A stretch of DNA of 64,000 nucleotides from a bacterium (GCA_021781955.1 JAJXVV010000002.1:10730-74729); one strand, 5' to 3'; counted from the stretch's first letter, positions 20,077 through 32,716 are shown. Numbers and translations are program-made. The notes: generated by a model not told the origin, from the sequence alone.

Positions 20077-20796
20077 ATGGCAGATGCAACAACACCGGGA
20101 AGCTTCATACCGCATGAAACCGCGGTCCCGCGCGCGCGCGCGCGGGGCACTTCCGGCTTGAACGACCTGCTGCTCCTCTTCGGAATCGTGGCGCTCGTCG
20201 CTTCTGCCGCGCTTGCGGGTGGCGTGTATCTCTACGAGCAGTATTTGAACCAGCAGAGCGCGCAGGAGGCAAGCCAGCTCCAGCGCGCCGAGGCGGCGTT
20301 CGAGCCGTCGCTCATCGAGCAGATCACCCGGCTCGATGATCGCATGCAAGCCGCCGAGGCGATACTGAGCAATCACACCGCACCGGTCGCGATCTTTCAG
20401 GCTCTCGATCAATCGACGCTCCAGACCATCTCGTTCAGTTCATTCGACCTCGAAGTGACCGATCCGCAACATATCAGCATCAAGATGCAGGGTGTCGGGC
20501 AGAGCGTGAACTCGATCGCGCTTCAGGCGCAGATATTCTCGAAGAGTGGCGTCATCTCCGACCCGATTTTCTCGAACATCAGCCAGCAAGCCGACGGCGT
20601 ACACTTCGATTTCACCGGTGACATCAACCCGGCCGCGATCACCTATAGTTCGTTCCTGAGCGCTTCTTCCGCTTCGTCTGCGGGAGCCTCGCAAGCGCCG
20701 GCGGCGTCACCCGCTGCGCAGCCCGCGGCCGCTCCGACGCCATTCACCACGCAGCCTGCGCAGGGAGCCTCATCCGCCCCCGCCTCGCAACCATAG
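20077..20796 (+). CDS. PilN-like membrane protein
   Basis: Single TM plus coiled coil, directly after pilM. Confidence 0.65.
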   Translation: MADATTPGSFIPHETAVPRARARGTSGLNDLLLLFGIVALVASAALAGGVYLYEQYLNQQSAQEASQLQRAEAAFEPSLIEQITRLDDRMQAAEAILSNHTAPVAIFQALDQSTLQTISFSSFDLEVTDPQHISIKMQGVGQSVNSIALQAQIFSKSGVISDPIFSNISQQADGVHFDFTGDINPAAITYSSFLSASSASSAGASQAPAASPAAQPAAAPTPFTTQPAQGASSAPASQP

Positions 20797-20801
20797 TCAC
20801 T

Positions 20802-21413
20802 ATGAAACTCATTCTTGCCATCATCGCCATCGTCGCCGCAGGAGCCATTTTCTTCACGGTGACCGAACCCGCGTATAACACCGTGCAAGCTGAATCCGCC
20901 CAGATCGGGCAGTACAGTGCGGCCCTCGACAAGGCGACCCAACTGCAAACGCTCAAACAGTCGCTTCTCTCCAAGTATAATGCGTTTGACCCGAACGCGC
21001 TCGATCGCCTCCAGAAATTCCTGCCTGACCACGTGGACAATATCGCGCTCATCCTCGATATCAATTCGATTGCGAGCCAGTACGGCATGTCGCTGCAGAA
21101 CGTCGATGTCTCGACGCCTGCGAGTACCGGCTCGTCCTCGGCGCAATCGACAGGCGCGACCGCCCCGATAGGCGGTTCCAACCAGCAATACGATTCGCTC
21201 ACGCTTCACTTCACGACACAGGGCACGTACGCCAATTTCCTCCAGTTCCTCGGCGCCTTGCAATCGAGTCTCCGTATTGTCGACATAAGCTCACTTTCGA
21301 TAGGTGCCCCGTCGAGCGGGGGTCAAGGTCTTGGATCGAACTCGAGCAGCGCTGCCTCTGGAGCGACACAATACTCGTACTCGATCACGCTGCGCACCTA
21401 TTGGCTCAAATAA
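20802..21413 (+). CDS. pilO: PilO-like protein
   Basis: LPD..D, G.Y..F..FL..L....R..DI; position in operon. Confidence 0.75.
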   Translation: MKLILAIIAIVAAGAIFFTVTEPAYNTVQAESAQIGQYSAALDKATQLQTLKQSLLSKYNAFDPNALDRLQKFLPDHVDNIALILDINSIASQYGMSLQNVDVSTPASTGSSSAQSTGATAPIGGSNQQYDSLTLHFTTQGTYANFLQFLGALQSSLRIVDISSLSIGAPSSGGQGLGSNSSSAASGATQYSYSITLRTYWLK

Positions 21414-21416
21414 CGT

Positions 21417-21791
21417 ATGTCGTTCATTTCTCAACATAAGATGATCATTATTCTCGGGGTACTCGTCGTTGCCCTGATCGGCTGGTGGACGCTCTCTGGC
21501 GGCTCGACGGGCTCTACCGCGCCGACGCTCTCCACGAGTAATGCCGCCGGCGTTTCGTCGCCCGCGGACCAAACACTCGTCACGACGCTTCTCGCGCTTC
21601 GCGCGGTGCAGCTCGACGGCACGATCTTCTCCGATCCCGCTTTCATGAGTTTGAAGGATTTCTCGACACCTATTGTTCCAGAGCCGATTGGCCGTTCCAA
21701 TCCGTTCGCCCCGCTCTCGAGCGGTAGCGGCAACACGACCGCTGCGAGCAGTACCCGTGCCGCTGTCCAACTCTTTACGCCGCACCGCTAA
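21417..21791 (+). CDS. Small pilus-associated membrane protein (PilP-like position)
   Basis: N-terminal TM, GRSNPFAP motif. Confidence 0.55.
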   Translation: MSFISQHKMIIILGVLVVALIGWWTLSGGSTGSTAPTLSTSNAAGVSSPADQTLVTTLLALRAVQLDGTIFSDPAFMSLKDFSTPIVPEPIGRSNPFAPLSSGSGNTTAASSTRAAVQLFTPHR

Positions 21792-21796
21792 AGCCT

Positions 21797-23551
21797 ATGA
21801 TGGCCGACACCGCCACTGCGCAGAAGGGTGCCGCCGCATCGGCTTTAGCTAATGCTGCCGCCGGTAGCCCCGCGCGTCAGCTTGGTGATGGGAAGATACC
21901 GTACGACACCCTCAAGTACGTGCCTGAGGAGAGCGCAGCGCACTATCGGTTCGTCCCGCTTTCGGTGAACGAGGACGTGCTTGAGGTCGGCATGGTCGAT
22001 CCGGACGATCTTGAAGCGATCGATGCGCTCAACTTCATTACGCGTACGTCCGGGCTTCCGTACAAGGTGTTCCGTATCACGCCCGAGGATTTCGACAAGG
22101 TCATTCAAATGTACCGCGGGCTCGGGGGCGATATGGAGGTCGCGGTCAACGAACTCGAGTCCGAACAGAAAAGCAGCGTTCCGCAAAAGAACGCATCAGC
22201 GATCGACGAAGAGAACGCGCCGCTCGATCTCGAGGACCCATCTTTGGGGCATAAGGTGGGAGAGGATAAGCTCCGCATTCAGGAGGACGCACCGACCATC
22301 AAAATGGTTTCGACCATCCTGCGCTACGCAGTCGAGGGCCGGGCATCCGACGTACACATCGAGCCGCAGGCCTCCGGCGTGCGAGTGCGTTATCGCGTCG
22401 ACGGCGAACTCCACACGAGCGTTATCCTGCCTCTCCACACGCATCGCGCGCTCGTTGCGCGCGTAAAAGTACTCGCCTCGATCCGTCTCGACGAGATGCG
22501 CAAACCGCAGGACGGCCGCTTTTCCGCGACCATCGAGAATCGGCAGATCGACTTCCGTGTCTCGACGTTCCCGTCGAACAACGGCGAGAAGGTCGTGATC
22601 CGTATCCTCGATCGCGATCAAGGGTTCATCGCGCTCAAGGATATCGGCCTCTCCGAACGCAACTTGGACCTCTTGCGCCGCGCGGTCGCGCAGCCCCACG
22701 GGCTCGTGCTCGTCTCGGGTCCTACCGGGAGCGGTAAATCGACAACGCTCTATTCGATGCTTACGGAGATCGATCGCGAGCACAAGAACGTGCTTTCGCT
22801 CGAGGATCCGATCGAATACTACGTGGACGGCGTGACGCAGTCGCAGGTACGGCCGGAGATCGGCTACACGTTCGCAAACGGATTGCGCACGACCTTGCGC
22901 CAAGATCCCGACGTCATCATGGTCGGCGAGATACGCGACGGCGAGACGGCGCAGCTCGCGATCCAGGCCGCGCTCACCGGTCACCTCGTGCTTTCGACCA
23001 TTCACACCAACGATGCCGTTGGCACGATACCGCGACTCATCGATATGGGCGTCGAGCCCTACCTCATCCCACCGGTCCTCATTCTCTCAATCGCGCAGCG
23101 CCTCACGCGCACGTTCAGCGAAGGCGGCGCCAAAGAAATGCGCATGAGCGAATCATCGCGCAAACGCGTCGAGGCCGATCTCACGACTCTGCCGGAGCGA
23201 TATCGCTTCGAGGTGCCGGACGTCGTGTACGAACCGCAGCGTACGCCGCAGAACGCGACCGGCCTCAAGGGCCGTATGGCGGTGTTCGAAGTGCTTGAGA
23301 TGTCGTCCGAGATCGAGCGCATCGTTCTCGACAATCCTGTGGATTCCAAAATCTGGGCGGTAGCGCGAAAACAGGGTATGCTGACCATGCGCGAGGACGC
23401 TCTGCGGAAAGCGTTCGACAAGAAGATACCGTTCTCCGAGGTCGAGATGCTCTCCACGCTCTTGCTTTCAGGCGACGATACGGCTCTCGCCGAGACGAGC
23501 GAGCACGAACGGGCCAGCACGCAAGAACAACCTAACGAACAAAATCTATGA
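21797..23551 (+). CDS. pilB: GspE/PilB pilus assembly ATPase
   Basis: ASDVHIEP, PQDGR, GPTGSGKST, LRQDPD, TGHLVLSTIH. Confidence 0.92.
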   Translation: MMADTATAQKGAAASALANAAAGSPARQLGDGKIPYDTLKYVPEESAAHYRFVPLSVNEDVLEVGMVDPDDLEAIDALNFITRTSGLPYKVFRITPEDFDKVIQMYRGLGGDMEVAVNELESEQKSSVPQKNASAIDEENAPLDLEDPSLGHKVGEDKLRIQEDAPTIKMVSTILRYAVEGRASDVHIEPQASGVRVRYRVDGELHTSVILPLHTHRALVARVKVLASIRLDEMRKPQDGRFSATIENRQIDFRVSTFPSNNGEKVVIRILDRDQGFIALKDIGLSERNLDLLRRAVAQPHGLVLVSGPTGSGKSTTLYSMLTEIDREHKNVLSLEDPIEYYVDGVTQSQVRPEIGYTFANGLRTTLRQDPDVIMVGEIRDGETAQLAIQAALTGHLVLSTIHTNDAVGTIPRLIDMGVEPYLIPPVLILSIAQRLTRTFSEGGAKEMRMSESSRKRVEADLTTLPERYRFEVPDVVYEPQRTPQNATGLKGRMAVFEVLEMSSEIERIVLDNPVDSKIWAVARKQGMLTMREDALRKAFDKKIPFSEVEMLSTLLLSGDDTALAETSEHERASTQEQPNEQNL

Positions 23552-23940
23552 CCGACGCATCAAAAGGCAACATCCTGCTCATCGACGATGACAAGTTCCT
23601 CGTCGAAATGTACGGCGCCAAATTCAATTCGGCCGGCTATACCACGCAGATCTGCCTTACCGCGAAAGAGGCGCTCGACGCGCTCGGAGGAGGTTTCGCG
23701 CCGATCGCGCTCCTCTTCGATATCACGATGCCGGAGATGGACGGGCTCGAGTTCATGCAGCAGGTCGTCGAGAAGCATCTCGCCGACGACGCGCTCAAGG
23801 TCGCCCTCACCAATCAAAATTCCGACCAAGAACGCGCGCGCGCGACAGAGCTCGGCGTCGGGCTCTACATCGTAAAGGCGAGCGTCATTCCCTCTGAGGT
23901 GGTCGCGCAGGTCACCGCCATGCTCCACAAAGAGCATTGA
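23548..23940 (+). CDS. Single-domain response regulator
   Basis: LLIDDD, DITMPEMDG, LTN, K. Confidence 0.88.
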   Translation: MTDASKGNILLIDDDKFLVEMYGAKFNSAGYTTQICLTAKEALDALGGGFAPIALLFDITMPEMDGLEFMQQVVEKHLADDALKVALTNQNSDQERARATELGVGLYIVKASVIPSEVVAQVTAMLHKEH

Positions 23941-24071
23941 ACGAGCGTTCGCGTTCTTGCCGCACAAGCTCGCAGAGGGGAGGAGAGAGACCGCGAGGGG
24001 GCGCGCAGGACGCAACAGCCTAGATGTGGATAGAGCGCGTGCGCGTGGAAAAGGGCGCTACAATGCATGCA

Positions 24072-25136
24072 ATGGCGGAATACGGAACACTCCTGAAGAA
24101 GTACATCAACGTCGTCGCGCACGAGGGCGCGTCCGACCTGCACCTCACGACCGGCGCGCACCCCACCATCCGCGTGTCCGGCTCGCTCGTGCCGATGCTC
24201 AAAGAGCCGATCCTCACGCTGGAGGATACGCGCGGTTTCCTCAAAGAGCTTCTCACCTCCGACCAGGAGAAGCGGTTCGACGAGGCAAAGGAGTTCGACT
24301 TCGCGTTCGAGAACCCCGACGGCTCCCGTTTCCGCGGCAACGCGTTCTTCCAGCGCGGCGCGGTCTCGATCGCGCTGCGTCTTATTCCGAAACAGATCCG
24401 CACCATCGCTGAACTCAATTTACCCGATGTGCTCGGCGCGTTCGCGCGACGCGAGCAGGGCTTCTTCCTCGTCGTCGGCCCGGTAGGACAGGGGAAAACG
24501 ACGACGCTCGCGTCCTTGATCGAGATCATCAACACGGAGCGCATGGAGCACATCGTTACCATCGAGGATCCGATCGAGTACATTTTCGAGCCGAAGCAGT
24601 CGATCGTCGATCAGCGCGAGGTCGGCATCGACACGAAGGATTTCGCGACGGCACTCTACTCCGCGTTCCGCGAGGATATCGACGTGCTTCTGGTGGGCGA
24701 AATGCGCGGACCGGATACCATGGCGGCGGCGGTCACGGCCGCTGAGACCGGACACCTCGTTTTCTCGACCCTCCACACCAATAACGCCTCGCAGACGATA
24801 GATCGCATCATCGACACCTTTCCCGCAAGCCAGCAGGACCAGATCCGCCTGCAGCTCGCCTCGTCGCTCGCGGGCATCTTCTCGCAACGCCTCTTGCCGC
24901 GCATCTCCGGGGGCATGATTCCCGCCTACGAGCTCATGATCAACACCAAGGCGACCGCCAACCTCATCCGCGAGAAACGTTCGCACGAGATACCGACGGT
25001 CATCGAGACCGGCTCGACCGAGGGGATGATCGACCTCAACCGTTCTCTCGCCGAGCTCGTCGCGCGCGGCGAGATAACGCCCGAGACGGCCTACGAATTC
25101 TCGCTGAACCCCAACATTTTGGAAAAGCTACTCTAG
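24072..25136 (+). CDS. pilT: Pilus retraction ATPase PilT
   Basis: ASDLH, GPVGQGKTT, EDPIE, GEMR, AETGHLV. Confidence 0.92.
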   Translation: MAEYGTLLKKYINVVAHEGASDLHLTTGAHPTIRVSGSLVPMLKEPILTLEDTRGFLKELLTSDQEKRFDEAKEFDFAFENPDGSRFRGNAFFQRGAVSIALRLIPKQIRTIAELNLPDVLGAFARREQGFFLVVGPVGQGKTTTLASLIEIINTERMEHIVTIEDPIEYIFEPKQSIVDQREVGIDTKDFATALYSAFREDIDVLLVGEMRGPDTMAAAVTAAETGHLVFSTLHTNNASQTIDRIIDTFPASQQDQIRLQLASSLAGIFSQRLLPRISGGMIPAYELMINTKATANLIREKRSHEIPTVIETGSTEGMIDLNRSLAELVARGEITPETAYEFSLNPNILEKLL

Positions 25137-25151
25137 CGATTATTACGGACC

Positions 25152-26360
25152 ATGGCACTTTTTAAGTATAAAGCCGTCGATACGGAAGGAAACGAGCGTG
25201 AAGGCACGGTCGACGCGGTCAACATGGACGTGGCGATCGCAGCGCTCCAGCGGCGCGGGCTCGTGCTCGCCGGCATCGATCCGGCCGAAACGAAGTCGGT
25301 GTTCGGCAAGGACATCGAGTTCTTTAGTCGCATCAGTAACGCCGACATCGTCATGGTGTCGCGCCAGATCACGACCCTCTTCGAAGCGCAGGTCTCCGCG
25401 TTGCGCGCGTTCCGCCTGCTCTCGGAAGAGGCGCGTACCAAGATGCTCGGCGACGTCTTGGGCGAGATCGCGAACGATATCCAGAGCGGCAGCTCGATCT
25501 CGGCCGCGCTCGCCAAGCATCCAAACGTTTTCTCCGCCTTCTACGTCAACATGGTGCGCGCGGGCGAAGAGTCGGGCAAGCTCGACGAAACGTTCTCCTT
25601 CCTCGCGGATTACCTCGATCGCAACTACGAGATCACGCAGAAAGCACGCAATGCGCTCGTCTATCCGGCGTTCATCATCGCGACGTTCATTACGGTCATG
25701 ATCCTCATGATGACGATCGTTGTGCCGAAACTCGCGGGCATGCTCTCCGACGCGGGCCAGCAGGTGCCGCTCTACACGCGCATCATTATCGGCATCTCGA
25801 TGTTCTTCTCGCAATACATCATCCTCATCCTCATCCTGCTTGTGGTCGGCGGATTCTTTTTGTACCGCTTCGCCCGAACGCAGCACGGCAGCGAAATGAT
25901 CGCCCGCGCCCGGCTCGAAATACCCGGGGTCGGGAGCATCTTCGAAAAGATATTCCTCTCGCGTCTCGCCGACAACCTTTCGACCATGCTGCGCAGCGGC
26001 ATCCAGATCTTGCGCGGGATCGAGATCACGAGCAGCGTCGTGGGCGACCCAGTCTACGAAAAGGTCCTCATGGAGGCCGCGGCCGACGTCAAAGCAGGCA
26101 TGCCGCTCTCGGAAGCGTTCCGCAAGCACCCCGAGATCCCGGGTATCATCGTCGCGATGATCAAGATCGGGGAAGAGACCGGCAACATGAGCGCGATTCT
26201 GGAGACGATGGCGCGCTTCTATCGCCGCGAGGTCAACAACTCGGTCGACACGCTCGTAAGCCTGATCGAGCCTTTGATGATCGTCGTGCTTGCGGTGGGC
26301 GTCGGCATCCTGCTCGCTTCCGTTCTCTTGCCGATCTACAACATCGCATCGAGTTTCTAG
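25152..26360 (+). CDS. pilC: PilC/GspF platform protein
   Basis: GEESGKL, YPAF, GEETG, EPLMI. Confidence 0.92.
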   Translation: MALFKYKAVDTEGNEREGTVDAVNMDVAIAALQRRGLVLAGIDPAETKSVFGKDIEFFSRISNADIVMVSRQITTLFEAQVSALRAFRLLSEEARTKMLGDVLGEIANDIQSGSSISAALAKHPNVFSAFYVNMVRAGEESGKLDETFSFLADYLDRNYEITQKARNALVYPAFIIATFITVMILMMTIVVPKLAGMLSDAGQQVPLYTRIIIGISMFFSQYIILILILLVVGGFFLYRFARTQHGSEMIARARLEIPGVGSIFEKIFLSRLADNLSTMLRSGIQILRGIEITSSVVGDPVYEKVLMEAAADVKAGMPLSEAFRKHPEIPGIIVAMIKIGEETGNMSAILETMARFYRREVNNSVDTLVSLIEPLMIVVLAVGVGILLASVLLPIYNIASSF

Positions 26361-26448
26361 GCCGTTGTTATCCCCACGACGTAAAAATGGCGGAGAGGCA
26401 GGCGGTACAATGAGGATACGCCCTCTAGTAGCCGGGCTCGTTATCCAC

Positions 26449-27006
26449 ATGAAGCATATGCAGACTGACCGAACCTCTGATCGCACGACAGGTTTCACCC
26501 TCATCGAATTACTGGTCGTCATCGCCATTATCGGCATTTTGGCTTCCATCGTGCTCGCTTCGCTCAATAGCGCTCGCGCCAAAGGCCGCGATGCGCGCCG
26601 CGTGGCCGACATCAAGCAGATCCAGCTCGCGCTCGAGCTTTACTATGACGCCAACGGCTATTATCCGGCGTCTATTTCTGGAACGACCTTGACCGCGCCA
26701 GGCTATATCTCGGTGTTGCCGATCGACCCTTCATCGAGTAGCGGCACGACGTACAACTACAGCTATGCGCCGCTTACTGCGGCCGCGAGCGGTACGCTAT
26801 GCTCCTCGTACCACCTCGGTGCCGATCTCGAGAATAATGATCCCACCACGATGTCGAGCGCCGCAGGAGCGACCGCAGCGACCGTATCCGCAGCTGACAA
26901 CAAAGGACTCTACCTCTGCGTGAGCGGGACCGATTTCTCCGGCGGTGCCGCGAACCAGTGCCAGGGCAGCGACCCGGGCAAGTATTGCTACGACGTAATG
27001 CCGTAG
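26449..27006 (+). CDS. Type IV pilin (probable major pilin, GspG-like)
   Basis: GFTLIELLVVIAIIGILAS...ARAKGRDARR; followed by a strong hairpin. Confidence 0.88.
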   Translation: MKHMQTDRTSDRTTGFTLIELLVVIAIIGILASIVLASLNSARAKGRDARRVADIKQIQLALELYYDANGYYPASISGTTLTAPGYISVLPIDPSSSSGTTYNYSYAPLTAAASGTLCSSYHLGADLENNDPTTMSSAAGATAATVSAADNKGLYLCVSGTDFSGGAANQCQGSDPGKYCYDVMP

Positions 27007-27031
27007 CGCATCGCGCGCAACGCACAGAAGA

Positions 27032-27058
27032 CGCAGCCCCGCCTAAGGCGGGGCTGCG
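27032..27058 (+). terminator. Hairpin after pilin gene
   Basis: 12-bp stem CGCAGCCCCGCC-TAA-GGCGGGGCTGCG; no U-tract. Confidence 0.55.
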
Positions 27059-27072
27059 GTATACTCACTCCA

Positions 27073-27930
27073 ATGCTCACGTTCGCATTCGGTATCCTCG
27101 GTCTCATCGTCGGCAGCTTTCTCAATGTCGTCATATTGCGGCACGGTAAGAAGGGGATCGGCGGCAGGAGCGCGTGCCCTTCATGCGGGGCGCTCATTCG
27201 CTGGCACGACAACATTCCGCTGCTTTCGTGGCTCCTCTTGCGGGGGAAGTGTCGCGCGTGTCATGCCCGTATCTCGCTCCAGTACCCGCTCGTCGAGGCT
27301 GCGACCGGCATAGCTTTCGCCATCGTTGGGCCATGGGCCGCGCGTCTTGCCGTCCCGCAGGCTACGCAGATTCCGCTCGTCGCTGCTTACCTCGCGATCG
27401 CGTCGCTCTTCATCGCCATCTTCGTGTACGACCTCTACCACAAGATCATCCCTGATCCGTGGGTTTTCCCGCTCGTGCTTCTCGCGTTCGCATCGCAACT
27501 CGGCTCGCCGTTCTTTGTCGGCTCGAACAGTTGGTGGTCCCTGTTCGCTGGTCCGCTCACTGCGGCGCCGCTCTTCGCGCTTTGGCTCTACTCGCGCGGC
27601 GCGTGGATGGGTTTTGGCGACGTGAAGCTTTCGCTCGCAATCGGATGGCTCCTGGGGCCGCTCTATGGTTTTGTCGCGATACTCTTCGGTTTCGTACTCG
27701 GCGCGGCCATCTCGGTCTGTATCCTGCTGCCGCTGCCTCACTTGATCGAGTTCGCACGGAAGTTCGGGATAACTCGACTGGCGCCAACCTCGCCAGGGTT
27801 TACAATGAAGAGCGAGATTCCGTTCGGCCCGTTTCTCATCGCGAGCACGTTCATCGTATGGCTTATGCTCATCAACTCGATCGACCCGCTCGCGCTCATC
27901 GGCGCCTCGCCGCACTGGCCCGTCCCATGA
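27073..27930 (+). CDS. pilD: Prepilin peptidase
   Basis: GSFLNV, RSACPSC, GKCRAC, GFGDVKL, PFGPFL. Confidence 0.92.
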   Translation: MLTFAFGILGLIVGSFLNVVILRHGKKGIGGRSACPSCGALIRWHDNIPLLSWLLLRGKCRACHARISLQYPLVEAATGIAFAIVGPWAARLAVPQATQIPLVAAYLAIASLFIAIFVYDLYHKIIPDPWVFPLVLLAFASQLGSPFFVGSNSWWSLFAGPLTAAPLFALWLYSRGAWMGFGDVKLSLAIGWLLGPLYGFVAILFGFVLGAAISVCILLPLPHLIEFARKFGITRLAPTSPGFTMKSEIPFGPFLIASTFIVWLMLINSIDPLALIGASPHWPVP

Positions 27931-28523
27931 TCGGTCGCGAAGGATTCACGTTGATCGAGCTCTTGGTCGTCGCGACCATCATGATCGTCATATCGGCAAT
28001 AGTGTTAGCCAACAATAACCGCTTTGGCGGGGTCGTCCAGCTTGAAGAGCTTTCATATAACATAGCGCTCTCGGTGCGCGAGGCGCAGCAGTACGGCATC
28101 TCGACCCGCCGGTTCCAGAACACGTTCGGCGTCGGATACGGGGTGTATTTCCCGTACCAGAGCGGCGGCGCGAACGACACGTATGCGACATTCGCTGACG
28201 CCATCACGCGCAATGGTATCTACGACTGTCCGCAGCCAGGTACCAGTGATTGCGAGCTCGTACAAAGTTACACGATGTCGGGCGGCTACAAGATCAACGA
28301 TCTCTGTGTCACCCCTTTCAGTAGCAGTACGGAGACCTGCGGCCATACGCGCATCGACGTCCTCTTCCAGCGTCCGGAGCCGGACGCTGCAATCAGTTAT
28401 GACGGCACTGTTTGCAGCGGCGGCTGCGCGCAGAGCGCGCGCATCCAGCTCATCTCGCCGCGCGGGGACACCATGAACGTGTACATATATGACAACGGGC
28501 AAATATCGGTCAGTAGTCACTAA
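27927..28523 (+). CDS. Prepilin-type minor pilin (FimT-like)
   Basis: GFTLIELL. Confidence 0.85.
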   Translation: MIGREGFTLIELLVVATIMIVISAIVLANNNRFGGVVQLEELSYNIALSVREAQQYGISTRRFQNTFGVGYGVYFPYQSGGANDTYATFADAITRNGIYDCPQPGTSDCELVQSYTMSGGYKINDLCVTPFSSSTETCGHTRIDVLFQRPEPDAAISYDGTVCSGGCAQSARIQLISPRGDTMNVYIYDNGQISVSSH

Positions 28524-28526
28524 TGT

Positions 28527-29111
28527 ATGACGTTCATGCGCCTGACACCGCTGACATCGGAACGCACTCGCGGATTCACGCTCATCGAGATGATGGTCTC
28601 GGTCGCACTCTTCGCCGTCGTAATGACCGTGTGCATCGACGTGCTGCTCTCGCTCGTCAATGCCAACAGAAAGGCGCAAGCACTGCAGTCGGTTATGAAC
28701 AATCTCAATATCGCGCTCGACGGCATGGTTCGCGCCGTCCGCGAGGGGAGCGTGTACCATTGCGGACCCGGAGGCGGCCAGAACATGAGCACACAAGATT
28801 GCAGCAGTGCCCCGAGCACGATCTTCGCGTTTGAACCGCATGGTCAGGATGCGACCGGGAATCCATGGGTCTACTCGCTTCAGAATGGGCAGATCTACCG
28901 CTCCGAGAATGGCCAGATCGCGATTCCCATCACCGCGCCGGAAGTGTCGATCAGCAGCCTCTCGTTCTACGTCGTCGGCTCGACGCCGGGGGACTCGTTG
29001 CAGCCGGAAGTGCTCATCGTCGTCGAAGGTGCGGCGGGAGCACCTGGCACTTCGGCTCAGACCACCTTCCACATCGAAGCGACCGCAGTACAGCGGCAAC
29101 TCGACCTATGA
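28527..29111 (+). CDS. Prepilin-type minor pilin
   Basis: GFTLIEMM. Confidence 0.85.
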   Translation: MTFMRLTPLTSERTRGFTLIEMMVSVALFAVVMTVCIDVLLSLVNANRKAQALQSVMNNLNIALDGMVRAVREGSVYHCGPGGGQNMSTQDCSSAPSTIFAFEPHGQDATGNPWVYSLQNGQIYRSENGQIAIPITAPEVSISSLSFYVVGSTPGDSLQPEVLIVVEGAAGAPGTSAQTTFHIEATAVQRQLDL

Positions 29112-29731
29112 TCCAAGAGATGTTCCATCGCCGAGCGCATCGCGGTTCCTGCTCGAACGAGCGCGGCGGTTTTACGCTCATCGAGACGCTGGTCGCCATC
29201 TCGCTCCTCACCATGGCCATCGTCGCTCCGGTCACGCTTACCAACCAGAGTTTGCAGTCGGCCTACTACGCGCGCGATCAGATCACGGCGTTTTACCTCG
29301 CGCAGGAAGCGGTCGAGGCGATACGCGCTTTGCGCGACAATCAAATCCTTCTGATCGCGACGAGCGGGAACGCCTCTGGTATTAATCTCTTCGGCAACAT
29401 TCCCTCGAACGATCAGCCTTTCACGGTCGACGCGCATCGACTCAGCAATCCGTCACAAGAGATCACCGATTGTTCTTCTCCTACCGACCCGAGCTCCTGC
29501 CCGCCGCTCCAGACCAATGGCGTTCTGTACGGGTACGCGCAAGGCGAGTCCGGCTGGACCAACACGAATTTCACTCGCTGGGTGGTCGCCTCGTACGTAC
29601 CCGGGAGTAGCAACAATGAGATCCGCGTGACCGCGACCGTTACGTGGAAGAGCGCCGCTTTTGCGACGCGATCATTCTCGCTCTCGGAGAACCTGTACCG
29701 CTGGGTACAGGACGGTTCCGCTGCGCCATAA
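29108..29731 (+). CDS. Prepilin-type minor pilin (PilV-like)
   Basis: GFTLIETL, AFYLAQEAVE.IR. Confidence 0.85.
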   Translation: MIQEMFHRRAHRGSCSNERGGFTLIETLVAISLLTMAIVAPVTLTNQSLQSAYYARDQITAFYLAQEAVEAIRALRDNQILLIATSGNASGINLFGNIPSNDQPFTVDAHRLSNPSQEITDCSSPTDPSSCPPLQTNGVLYGYAQGESGWTNTNFTRWVVASYVPGSSNNEIRVTATVTWKSAAFATRSFSLSENLYRWVQDGSAAP

Positions 29732-30342
29732 TGAACGATATGCGCTCAAACAATCACACATTGGCGATCGATGAGGATAATCGCGCAGGCGGGCAACAGG
29801 GGTTCACGCTGCTCCTCGCGGCGCTCATCGCTTCCATCGTCCTCTCGATCGGGGTCGCGGTCTACACCATCGCTCAGCACGAGGTCACGCTCTCGTCACT
29901 CGGCCGAGATTCGCAGTTCGCGTTCTATGCGGCCGATACCGCTGCGGAATGTGCTCTCTTCTGGGATTATCGCTATAATTATTTCGCGCAAATAACTCCG
30001 GCCGGGGTCAATCCCACCTGCGATCAGCAGCCGGTGTCGTTCGCTGTTACTGATGTGAACGGTAATACGCTGAACCAGCCCTATTCGTATCCGTACGAGT
30101 ACTCGTCCACGAACAATATCAACCTGTTCCAGGACACAGCGACAACGACCGGCGGCTACTGCGTGCAGGTCTCGGTGGAGAAGTGTAATTATCCGTTCAA
30201 GACGGACGGATCGAACGGGTGTGATACGTCACAACCTCCTTCCATTCACGCGCGTATCATTGCCGACGGCTACAACGTGAGCTGCGCGAACATCGGCAGC
30301 GCGCCGAACGCGGTGCAGCGCACGGTGGAGCTCGACTACTAG
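29731..30342 (+). CDS. PilX-like minor pilin
   Basis: GFTLLLA (no Glu5), AFYAADTAAECAL. Confidence 0.78.
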   Translation: MNDMRSNNHTLAIDEDNRAGGQQGFTLLLAALIASIVLSIGVAVYTIAQHEVTLSSLGRDSQFAFYAADTAAECALFWDYRYNYFAQITPAGVNPTCDQQPVSFAVTDVNGNTLNQPYSYPYEYSSTNNINLFQDTATTTGGYCVQVSVEKCNYPFKTDGSNGCDTSQPPSIHARIIADGYNVSCANIGSAPNAVQRTVELDY

Positions 30343-32370
<2,028 letters not shown>

Positions 32371-32420
32371 GCGACCAGAGTCTGATGAATATTCGCCAGC
32401 TTCGTGTATAGTATGCCGAT

Positions 32421-32714
32421 ATGGCGGACAAGGTGGACGTGGTGGCGCTCGCGAAACTTGCACGGCTTGAGGTGAGCGGGGAAGAGTTGGCGAAGCTGGA
32501 GAAAGAGATACCCGCGATCCTGGAGTTCGTGGCGGAGATACAGAAGGCAAATGCGCCAAAAGAAGCTGCTACGCCAGTACTTCACAACGTCATGCGCGCC
32601 GATGAGAATCCCATCGAGCCTGGCACGCACACCGAGTCGCTCGTCTCTGCCGCGCCATCGCGCGAGGGCGATCGCATCTCGGTGAAGCAGGTCATCTCGC
32701 GCAAGCACGCCTGA
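32421..32714 (+). CDS. gatC: Asp/Glu-tRNA amidotransferase subunit C
   Basis: LAKLARL, NVMR.D; directly before gatA. Confidence 0.9.
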   Translation: MADKVDVVALAKLARLEVSGEELAKLEKEIPAILEFVAEIQKANAPKEAATPVLHNVMRADENPIEPGTHTESLVSAAPSREGDRISVKQVISRKHA

Positions 32715-32716
32715 CT

